Below are positions 40,490 to 49,137 of a stretch of 64,000 nucleotides of DNA, piece after piece. The notes under the pieces are model-generated. The model was not told where the DNA came from and searched no databases. It worked only from the letters and a program-made list of their open reading frames with translations. The stretch comes from a virus. The translations under genes were made by a program, and so were the position numbers. The stretch's first letter is position 1; each line of letters starts with the position of its first letter. The stretch lies in the IMG/VR virus record IMGVR_UViG_3300045738_001212, positions 32,001 through 96,000 of that record; one strand, written 5' to 3'.

Positions 40490-41154
40490 TCGGTCTTCGG
40501 CTGTGGTCCTCTAGACATAAGGCTCCAAGAAAAATATATGTTTTCAGTCATCTCTTTCGAGAAGGTCGCTTGATACTGAAGCCAAGCGGGAAACACCATG
40601 ACTTTCCCTTCTTTAAGGTCCATCGAAAAAGCGTCAGAATTAAAAATATTAGGTGAAGCGACAGGAGGCTTGATTATCCACGCTTGGGGTCTGGGGTCAT
40701 AAAACGTGACTTTACCTCCTGTTCCCTTCAAGCAATAAATGCCCGCCAACAAGTTATTCGGGCGCATTTCCATCGGGGAAAACTCAGGCTCCTTGACTTT
40801 ATATCCCTTCAGCGATGTCACCATCAAGCTTTCGAAACGAATTCCCACAAACCCAAGCACCCTCTGGGCACTTTCCGAAAGAACATGAGCCAAGGGTTTG
40901 TACTCTTCGAAAGTCTGAAGATTAAAATCGGTAGTCCAATTCGGAGAGTCTTTGGCTCTCATCTTTTCCAAGCTCTCGGGTAAAGAAGAATCCAATTTCT
41001 CCTTCTCTTCCTTGTTGAACTCAAATTCGAAAAGATTCGTCGGGAATATCGGAAAATGCTTTTTGTCCTCAAAAATGGTATCTTCATCTGGTTTTGGAGG
41101 CTCGACGGCTTTCATGGGTTTGATCTCTTCTGGTGCTATTTCTTCAGTATTCAT
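40486..41154 (-). CDS. putative 2OG-Fe(II) oxygenase-like protein, metal ligands degenerate
   Basis: IFPT, AGIYCL, FYDPRP, VMVFPAWL fold motifs but His ligands absent. Confidence 0.6.
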   Translation of the reverse strand: MNTEEIAPEEIKPMKAVEPPKPDEDTIFEDKKHFPIFPTNLFEFEFNKEEKEKLDSSLPESLEKMRAKDSPNWTTDFNLQTFEEYKPLAHVLSESAQRVLGFVGIRFESLMVTSLKGYKVKEPEFSPMEMRPNNLLAGIYCLKGTGGKVTFYDPRPQAWIIKPPVASPNIFNSDAFSMDLKEGKVMVFPAWLQYQATFSKEMTENIYFSWSLMSRGPQPKTD

Positions 41155-41523
41155 TTGTATGCCTTATTTTTCCGCCCTTTATTTCTCTTTTTTTGATGTT
41201 TTTTATACTTCTCTATGCGATCATACACCTCTTGATCTTCGGTTTCATACTCAGGAAACAAAAGGCCAAACGTGTCGCAATATTTTATAAACCAATCCAC
41301 GCACTCATGCAAGACTAAATTGGTATGATTTAACATCAACTTAACTGGGACATGGCTCTTGGAAATGGTACTAATCATCTGATCTGCGGCGTTAATGTTC
41401 ACGAAGTCCTTCGTGAAAACAAAACCGTCATTACTGACAGACAAAACGTAATCCTTCGGATAAATACGCATATTCCAAACGCAATCATTAACTAAGTCTA
41501 CGCTGCCCCTGATCTTCTTCTTC

Positions 41524-42450
41524 TTATCCGAGGATTTCCGCAAGCTCTTTCTTTCTCCTCTCTAAGGTAAAACGTAATTTACGAAAAGCTATTGCTTCAA
41601 TTTGGCGAATACGTTCTCTGGTCACCTTATACTTTGCCCCAATTGTCTCTAGGGTACTATTGTCTCTCGTCCCGAACCCAAAACGAAGTTTCAAGATATC
41701 TACTTCCCTTGGGGTAAGTCTTTCTTCCATTAGCTCACGTAACTGCGTGAACCTATCATTCATCTCCACTTCCTTATCTGGACGCATGAAAACGTTATCA
41801 GGAATAATTTCTGCCATATCCTGATCTTCACTTTCTCCGATTTTCTTATCCAACGAAACTACAGAGTCTCTTGCGAAAAGAATGTTCTGCACTTGCAAAA
41901 CTGATATTCCTATTTCGTGAGAAATTTCTTCCTGAGAGGGTTCATGCTTAAACTCTTCCTTATATGTATTAATGAAATCAAAGACTTTCTTGGTCTTTCC
42001 TTGGTAGTGGACAGGAAGCCTGATTAAATTAGCTTTATTCGCTATAGACCGTAGGATATTTTGCTTGATCCACCAGACCGCGTAAGTAGAAAACTTTACA
42101 GTTACTCCGCTCTTAGCCTTCACTCCGGGTAGATACTTGTCTACCGCCGTGGCTAGACCAATGTTTCCTTCGCTTATTAAATCAATAAAATCCATCCTGC
42201 CTTTGTATCTTTGAGCGATGTTAACCACAAGACGTAGATTTGCCAGTATCATTTTTTCCCTAGCTGCCGCTCCAGCTTTGCGGGTGTGTTGTCCGGCCCT
42301 AGCGTTAGTTTTCCATTTTTGGATTTTAGTCGCAAGAACTTGCTCTTCTCCCCTAGATAAAAGGGGGGCGTTTAGAGCTTCCGAACTATACATCCCCATA
42401 AGGCTGCGATCTTGATATATACTATCCTTGATTTTGGCCTTTTTTTTCAT
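41524..42450 (-). CDS. RNA polymerase sigma70-family (RpoD/SigA-like) factor
   Basis: ANLRLVVNIA, DLISEGNIGL, KFSTYAVWWIKQ, IRLPVH, TLETIG...VTRERIRQIE; no region 1.1. Confidence 0.9.
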   Translation of the reverse strand: MKKKAKIKDSIYQDRSLMGMYSSEALNAPLLSRGEEQVLATKIQKWKTNARAGQHTRKAGAAAREKMILANLRLVVNIAQRYKGRMDFIDLISEGNIGLATAVDKYLPGVKAKSGVTVKFSTYAVWWIKQNILRSIANKANLIRLPVHYQGKTKKVFDFINTYKEEFKHEPSQEEISHEIGISVLQVQNILFARDSVVSLDKKIGESEDQDMAEIIPDNVFMRPDKEVEMNDRFTQLRELMEERLTPREVDILKLRFGFGTRDNSTLETIGAKYKVTRERIRQIEAIAFRKLRFTLERRKKELAEILG

Positions 42451-42986
42451 CGTAATTCCTTTTTTAGTAATCTCCATCTATCGCTATCTATCTTTTTCTC
42501 TCCACTGTCAATGCTCTTCAACATGGCTACTACTTCTTCAATGTTATCGTAAATATAATGATGAGGCAGCATCCCCATCATCCATAGAGGAGTCGCGTGT
42601 TTGCCCCCCTCCATAGAAATGAAAATGGGCTTCTTCATTCTAACCGCTGTGACTATCTCCTCCGCGCTACCCCAGCTTGCTATCTCTGGTAAAAGGTGAG
42701 CTATAATAAAATCGCATCTATCAACAAGATTCAAGTCGTAGCTGCGAACGGTCTTCATTCTCTCGGCTACGTCATTAAAGTAACCATGCTTCTGGCAATG
42801 ATCTAGTGAAAGACGAGTGTCTTCATCCTCATTTACATCCTTTACGAATGGCTTTTTGTAGGGGTTAAAAATTCTAATATCTAGGGGGGCGAGTTCTCCT
42901 TCTACATACTCCCTCCAATCGCGACCATTCGCATATTGCATATGGCCGACCAAATAAGTCCTAGTCTTATATAAGAGGTTTTCCAT
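42447..42986 (-). CDS. nucleoside 2-deoxyribosyltransferase-like protein
   Basis: YLVGHM, DWRE, FNPY, DLNLVDRCD, GSAEE. Confidence 0.65.
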   Translation of the reverse strand: MENLLYKTRTYLVGHMQYANGRDWREYVEGELAPLDIRIFNPYKKPFVKDVNEDEDTRLSLDHCQKHGYFNDVAERMKTVRSYDLNLVDRCDFIIAHLLPEIASWGSAEEIVTAVRMKKPIFISMEGGKHATPLWMMGMLPHHYIYDNIEEVVAMLKSIDSGEKKIDSDRWRLLKKELR

Positions 42987-43239
42987 AGGTAATACTTATG
43001 GAAAGTATAATCCTCTTCAAGGAAAATGTCAAGAAGAAAAGTTGCTATCCAATGACTCCAAACAGTCCTCGGCATTAGCCAATATTTCTAACTGTTTAGC
43101 CATTTCGTCTACTATTTGTGGGTGTTCCCCGATTCCAGCGGCATTTGAGGAGTAAACATCTAGCGTAGCAAGGGCAGAAGCTTTTTCAGCTTCGTACCTT
43201 TGTCGTAGGGCGTTGAATAATAATTTATTTTTTTTCATT

Positions 43240-43779
43240 TTAAAAAGACTGTTCGAGTTCGTCGATTCTTAGATTGTACATATCTACTAGGGTTGTAAAG
43301 TCATTTGACTCATCCCTGTCCCCTTTCTCGAAGAGCCTTGCTTTCTGAAAATACTCTTCTGCTGACATATCCCCGCAATACCAAACATTTTTCAATCCGT
43401 GATAGTCTACTCCCCCCTGTCTCTCTAGACCATCCGCTGCTTTCCCGTAAAAATTACGTCCAGAAAACTCCAGACTAATGAAAACGTACCTATCGGGAAG
43501 CTGGTGCCTACTGGTCTTAGCTACTGAGACATCATAATGTGGAAGTGGAGCAACTGTTCTCCTTTTTGTTTTCACTTCGAGTTTTTCGGAATCATATTCC
43601 AAGTCATGGTCTTTATGATCTGCCACCTCGACCCCAAGGTGCTTGCAGAGAGCAAGTTCCCCTAATCTACCAGCAGCATTACCTTTTCCTTTGACTATGG
43701 AATCTTTAATGCCGCCCAACTGTCTGGCCCATTCATTGGCCGACCTTATCATCTCTCGGTTGTGCGGAAGAATTTTCAT
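43240..43779 (-). CDS. putative PD-(D/E)XK nuclease
   Basis: GRLGE...HDLE...LEVKTK. Confidence 0.5.
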   Translation of the reverse strand: MKILPHNREMIRSANEWARQLGGIKDSIVKGKGNAAGRLGELALCKHLGVEVADHKDHDLEYDSEKLEVKTKRRTVAPLPHYDVSVAKTSRHQLPDRYVFISLEFSGRNFYGKAADGLERQGGVDYHGLKNVWYCGDMSAEEYFQKARLFEKGDRDESNDFTTLVDMYNLRIDELEQSF

Positions 43780-44160
43780 TTATATTGTATGGGCGATTAA
43801 ACTCGATGGCGTTTGAATTGGTGTTGTCATCCTCTTTAACTATTACTTCTTTTAAAACCACCAGCGATGAAGGAATCTTCCCTTGGGATATCAAATAAAG
43901 AAACACTGATTGAAATGTCGCTAAAAATAGCAAAAAACAAACTAATACCCTTAAGTTCCTAACTTTTTTCCTTAGCTCTTCCACAGTCTTGTTTCGATTT
44001 AATACATACGTCTAAACTGTTCATAGCATTCCTAAGATATAAGCTCTCACTCTTGGAATGCTTACCCACCTCCACTATTCTCTCAATTTTGGAATAAACC
44101 TTTTCCAACGCTGGAAGGTGTACCTTTTGTCCTCTAATCATAACAAGTGGTAGTAACCAA

Positions 44161-44242
44161 TGTCGTAATCCTCTGTATTTAGAATCAATAAATTTGCAGT
44201 ATATTGATAGCTACTCCAGTGGTGTCGCATGTCGTAATCCTC
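44161..44242 (-). CRISPR. two-repeat mini-array with one long-form repeat
   Basis: 37-nt TGTCGTAATCCTCTGTATTTAGAATCAATAAATTTGC (44161-44197), 32-nt spacer, core repeat at 44230. Confidence 0.7.
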
Positions 44243-44580
44243 TTAACTGTCCTTAACGAGCCTTTTTGATATCGGCAGTTACCTTATCGAAAGGCTCCTT
44301 GACGTAATGAGAGTTAGCTTCAGTAACGACAACCGTTCCTTCTTTATCGGTCTGCTGCCCGTCGGCTTGCCCCGCAAAGGAGTAGTACTCGATGATTTTG
44401 TCAACTCTGACAGCTAACTGTTCGGTAGCTGCGCGGAGTGTCCCATGTACGTTGGTTTTATACTTATTTAGTTTTAGTGTTTTCATAAAATTTAAGCGCG
44501 AGAGACAGAGCAGAAAGGTATTAACGACCCCGCCTCTCGCAAGTGTAGTTCCGCGTGACACTTCCCTACACTAAATTAAT

Positions 44581-44745
44581 GGGTGAGAGGATTCTCATTT
44601 ACCTCTATCGTTTCGGAGTCACAGCTTGAGTTTCAGTGAGAAACCCTACTTTGAACCAGCCCTTGTAAGCCCCCAGAGACGGTAATCTCCTGCAAACAAG
44701 CCCTGTACCTTAACTGCCGCGACAGCAGTTTATTCGGTCACACCC
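44581..44745 (-). ncRNA. candidate multi-hairpin structured RNA
   Basis: ends pair (GGGTG/CACCC); internal hairpins AACTGC/GCAGTT, GGAGA/TCTCT, GGGTTTC/GAAACTC, AGAGG/CCTCT; intergenic. Confidence 0.5.
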
Positions 44746-45124
44746 TTCGCTGGCGATCAACCAGCAAAATTATTTTAAAGAACAAATATTTTAGAATCTT
44801 CTATGAAGACTCTGGGGTGATATTGATCAATATCTTTCCCGTCTTTTACATTTACAAATTTTCTTTTTTTGTTTACCCGCACTTGATGTTTCCATTTGGG
44901 GCGAGAAGACTTCTTTTCCTCTAGGGAACGAATGTCGCCCAAGTCTACGCAACCCGTAAGAGTTCGCTTGGTGATAGCGACATCCCCCATGTGCAAAGCG
45001 TGTGTGCGCTTAAGCACTACAGGTTTGTCGCCGTATGCGTGTGCTCGCTTACTGCCCTTAACCTCTAGGCACTTCTTCTTTGAATTGTAAATTACTACTA
45101 CTTGCACGTTGTTATTTCTCCAGT

Positions 45125-45171
45125 TGTCGTAATCCTCTATAAATCGGTTAAGGGGTATTGTTGTAATCCTT
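45125..45171 (-). CRISPR. two-repeat mini-array
   Basis: core repeats at 45125 and 45159, 21 nt between. Confidence 0.6.
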
Positions 45172-45658
45172 CAATTAACTCGCCAACTTGACCCTGCCAA
45201 GCCTTGATCCTCGTAATCGCTCTCTGATAAATACTGCTGAACTTCCTCATCGGAAGCGAAAAGCATATTCTTCTCATCAATGTAAAAAATACTTTTGTGG
45301 TAAGCCATCTTGCGAATTACGCCTCCATGAAAGCCTACTCCGCTATCTTCCTTACCGTGAACGCAGGTTATTTTAACTACGTTAGCTGCGTCACTCATAT
45401 ATTTGGCGCATAAGCCCAGCCCTTTCACTTTATAAATCCTGCCTCTGACGGGCTCATGGACGCTTTCGAACGCGCTCTTGATTTCTTCAATATCCTTATC
45501 AACACCATCATCCAGCCAATCGTCCTCATCATCTCCGTACTTCCAAGCTCCTTCAACCCCCTTGGTTCCTTCGTGGCCTACTGGACAGGAATGCTCCTTG
45601 GGCTGCTCTTCCGGCTTGTCCTCGTAAAAAACTTCAATTCCTAAAAGATGAGACTTTT

Positions 45659-46303
45659 TCATAACAGATTTCTATTTTTTATTATCTTCCTTGCTCTTCG
45701 TCTAGCGTAAAATACCCTGCTCATAATCGTTCCTATCGAGCACTTCATTATTTTAGCAGCTTCGGCATAAGATTTTTCTTCTTCTATCACTAGCTCAATA
45801 ACCCTTTTTTGTTCGGGGTTCAGGCTCCCTTTTATCTGCGCCAAAACCTTCTTAAAGTGCTCAAAGCTTTCTTTCTCTTCAAGTCGGTTGCTGGGGCTTT
45901 CATCGTTAAGTAAGAGTATACCAGAACCTTGTAAGAAGTCAAGAGGATTTTTATCATTTTCTAAACAAAAATCTGCACAAAAATCTGAATAGGAAATCTC
46001 CTTAGATTTACGTCTTTTGTCCTGCCTGTAGAAATCATAGAAAGAATTGCGCCCAACCCTGAAAAACCACGTAGCAAAGGCACTTTTGAACTTAAAGGTC
46101 TTTATCCTCCTCCAAGATTTTACGCATGTAAGCTGCAAGATGTCTTTCGCGTCGGCTTCAGATACCCCCATTTTGAACAAAGAAGAGCGCACTAGGGCAC
46201 TATGACGCCCAAGAAGAACCTCGAATGCCTCCTTGCTACCTCTTTGACTCTTCTTTACTAAAGCTTCGTCTTTGAGGTTGGAAAGTTGAACTTTTTTGCT
46301 CAA
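45659..46303 (-). CDS. ECF-type RNA polymerase sigma factor
   Basis: DEALV...GSKEAFEVL, FKFKSAFATWFFR, SYAEAAKIMKCSIGTIMSRVFYAR. Confidence 0.88.
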   Translation of the reverse strand: MSKKVQLSNLKDEALVKKSQRGSKEAFEVLLGRHSALVRSSLFKMGVSEADAKDILQLTCVKSWRRIKTFKFKSAFATWFFRVGRNSFYDFYRQDKRRKSKEISYSDFCADFCLENDKNPLDFLQGSGILLLNDESPSNRLEEKESFEHFKKVLAQIKGSLNPEQKRVIELVIEEEKSYAEAAKIMKCSIGTIMSRVFYARRRARKIIKNRNLL

Positions 46304-46324
46304 TTTTTCTTAAGCTACGGCGAA

Positions 46325-46555
46325 TGTTGTAATCCTCTATACCGATTGGAAGTACTATGTTGTGATCCTCTCAAATACTGGAACAACTCAAATGTTCTAA
46401 TCCTCTGTGCTTCTTTCATTCGGTGGTGTCGTAATCCTCACGCTTATCAAACGAGATGTCGTAATCCCCTTACTTGATACTAGGCTGTGCATAGTTCATC
46501 CCATGTTCTAATCCTCATCCTAATCCTAATCGATTTCGTGGTGTGTCGCAACCCT
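46325..46555 (-). CRISPR. degenerate CRISPR-like array D, 7 repeats, immediately 3' of tmRNA
   Basis: core repeats at 46325, 46358, 46393, 46427, 46457, 46504, 46544; 17-34 nt between. Confidence 0.8.
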
Positions 46556-46561
46556 AAAAAA

Positions 46562-47020
46562 TGGTGGAGGCGGCGGGAATCGAACCCGCGTCTTTGGAGC
46601 CATCGGCTCAAATATACTACAAGCTTAATCAGTGCCATGTTCCTCGTATATAGCAGGTCACTGATTAAACCAACCGGGCCGCTCAAAGAGCGACTGGGAC
46701 TAACGTAAAACGTTAGACGCCTACACGAGTTTGAAGTCACATTTTATACTAGCGTTACAACCGCCCTAGTTTTTTGCTCGCTATCGACGCCCTAGCTCCT
46801 TAACGAGCATCCAGAGTAGGACGGGGCAGAACTTAAGCTGCCAGCGTGGCCTCTTCGGCCCAACCGAAACGAGCGAGAATCTCGTCTGCTTCAGCCAGAG
46901 AAGGAGCCATGTCAATATTACTATTGGCATATATGTTTTTAATGGAAGTTTTAAGAGGCCAACCATCATCCTCTGCTTGCAATCTGGCGTAAGATTCCAA
47001 ATCGAATCCAGTACGCCCCC
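46562..47020 (-). ncRNA. ssrA: tmRNA
   Basis: 5' GGGGGCG pairs with CGCCTCC-A-CCA (G3:U70), GGATTCGA, T-arm GGTTCGATTCCC, tag ORF 46833-46928 ending LAA-stop. Confidence 0.93.
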
Positions 47021-47534
47021 ACAAATATTACACTATAATTCACACCGATGGATTAATTGTTTCGCCTGTTTTGGGCTTTTTTTATTTCTTTTACTCCGTT
47101 TTTGGCAAATTCCTGACAGTGCTTTGCAAAAAAACCGTCCATCCCACATTTTTCCGCCCCTAAATATGAGTATAAGACTATAGCTAGGTTATTTTGCCCA
47201 GCTATCTGGCATTCGTCCGCCATGTCTTCAAGCACCGTCGCCAAAGTCTCTTCTCTGTTCTTCTTCCTCATTTAATTATTTTTAAAAAGATTTTTATCCT
47301 TCAACTCCGCTTTAAAGTTCCGTATCCCTTCCCATCTATAAACAGTGATCGGTATGGTAACGGGCGTCAACAATACATACCATTTTACTGTAAAAAACAC
47401 AAGATACAAAAGGTTACCCAATCCAAATAGCCAAGGATTTGATAACCAGCCCCAATCGTACTGAAACTGCTGCCATAAGAAGACCGAATAGGCGTCTAAT
47501 ACTCCTGAAAGATTTTCTGGATTCATGTCGTTTG

Positions 47535-47918
47535 TTATTTGATTTTTTTTGCGTGTCCCGCTTTTACCAAGAATTCGTTTACGGATTTGCCGTGGTATTT
47601 TCTCGTCCTTATGAAATTTTTAGTTAGTTGAACCTCGCCCAAGCACCTTCCGTATTTTCCGACACCAAGGGAAATCAGGGAAATTTCATTGTCACTGTTC
47701 TCAAGTATCTCCTTGAGCTTGGCCTTGGCTGCGAGCCCTTTCTTTTTCTCCACCTTGTCTCTCGTCCTGCTTTCGTAGGCGTCTATACCCGCTAACCTAA
47801 TGCGCTTCTTAACCCAAGTCTCAAAACCAAGGTCAATCATAGCGTCAATAGTGTCTCCGTCAACTACTTTAACTACTTTAGCTTTGTAGCGATACATCTT
47901 AGCTATTCCCCAGCCCAC
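47535..47918 (-). CDS. thermonuclease (SNase-like)
   Basis: KVVDGDT, RIRLAGIDAYE, GKYGR, LVKAGHA. Confidence 0.85.
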   Translation of the reverse strand: MGWGIAKMYRYKAKVVKVVDGDTIDAMIDLGFETWVKKRIRLAGIDAYESRTRDKVEKKKGLAAKAKLKEILENSDNEISLISLGVGKYGRCLGEVQLTKNFIRTRKYHGKSVNEFLVKAGHAKKIK

Positions 47919-48272
47919 TCTTCTTGTATTACGTGGTCTATTAAGCCCTCTATCCAGTCATTAAACGTATCTTGATCGAAGTCAGTCTCCCCCGTTTCCG
48001 CCCTGTACATGTCGAGAAACTCTTCATCCACCTCCATGAGGAGTTCTCTCTTGTTGCCCTTCACTTCTAGTTCTCTTATTACTTTTATTTTCATTAATAG
48101 CTCCTATTTTAGCCAGAAGTTCGTCTATCAAATCAAGCTGAGACATTGCGTAGACGAATCTCGTTCTGCTTAGATTGCTACCATGAGGGCTATATTTGTG
48201 CAACTCTTTTGTTCGTAGTTTTTTCCTTTTTTCAAGGATTTCTATAATCTTGTGTTTATCCATATACTCGTA

Positions 48273-48894
48273 TGTCGTAATCCTCTTAATATCGTCGGGA
48301 CGAAGCATGTCGCAATCCTCTTGTGCAGTCCAACCATATTTGTGTTCTAATCCTCTTAAAATCAGACTATGCGTACCCTGCGTGTTCTAATCCTCTTAAA
48401 ATATACAGGAGCAATCATGTTGCAATCCTCACTCTTAAAAGTTCACTACGGCGTGCTGTGTTGTAATCCTCTTTAAATCGCAAGCTGCTCATGTGTTATA
48501 ATCCTCTTGGTCCAAAGTATGACTGATGTTGTAATCCTCTTATACTTAAATTCGGTTACATGAGGTGCGTGTTGTAATCCTCGCTGGTTTTGTTGGTAAT
48601 GTTTTAATCCTCTTATACTTAAAAAACGCGCACAGCTTGAAATGTTTTAATCCTCTCAAATTTTACCACGATACTCCATGTTGTAATCCTCTCATGCTAA
48701 AATTACTTCTTCTGTTGTCGTAATCCTCTTTAACAGCCGTCGCAATGTTTTAATCCTCATACTTAAACTGTGCAGATTGACTCCCTGTGTTGTAATCCTC
48801 TTATACTTAAATTAGGATAAATCCGAATTATGTTTTAATCCTCTTACTTAAATTGTCAAATTCAGTCATCAGTAGGGTAAGTGTTTCAATCCTC
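48273..48894 (-). CRISPR. main degenerate CRISPR-like array E, 17 repeats
   Basis: 13-nt TGTYN(T/C)AATCCTC at 48273, 48308, 48343, 48383, 48418, 48459, 48494, 48527, 48570, 48600, 48643, 48679, 48716, 48746, 48788, 48831, 48882; 17-38 nt between, part of which is a shared TTATACTTAAA extension. Confidence 0.85.
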
Positions 48895-49137
48895 TTATGC
48901 TTGTTGATTCCTTATTTGCCTTATGGCTCTACGATGCATCCTCATGTGCTGGGGGTGAGCTTCGCACTCGCCATCAATTAATTCCATATCACATATCTCG
49001 CATTTAGGCTCGTTTAAGTCAGTCGAATGGTGTGTTTCACGGTAATGTTGTAATCCTAAATCTTCTGCTGTCGAAGGAAACTTGCAGTTAGCCCTTTCGA
49101 GTTCAAGAATAGTTATGTTTCTTTCTTCTTCAGTCAT
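48895..49137 (-). CDS. small Cys/His protein between nuclease and array
   Basis: 80 aa, CEIC...CEAH, overlaps nuclease stop; contains a repeat-like 12-mer at 49046. Confidence 0.45.
   Translation of the reverse strand: MTEEERNITILELERANCKFPSTAEDLGLQHYRETHHSTDLNEPKCEICDMELIDGECEAHPQHMRMHRRAIRQIRNQQA

Noticed and set aside
46480-47024. ORFs overlapping 46480-47024
   Set aside because: They lie in the tmRNA; only the internal tag frame 46833-46928 is meaningful
48630-48640. 10-nt spacer match (CACAGCTTGA) to ~44620
   Set aside because: Too short; expected by chance. No convincing self-target was seen by eye, and the search was not exhaustive.
48273-48894. TIGR-type array or plain minisatellite
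   Set aside because: No fixed 36-nt period, no box C/D-like dual repeats and no Nop-domain gene seen; intervening sequences are unique, so not a VNTR
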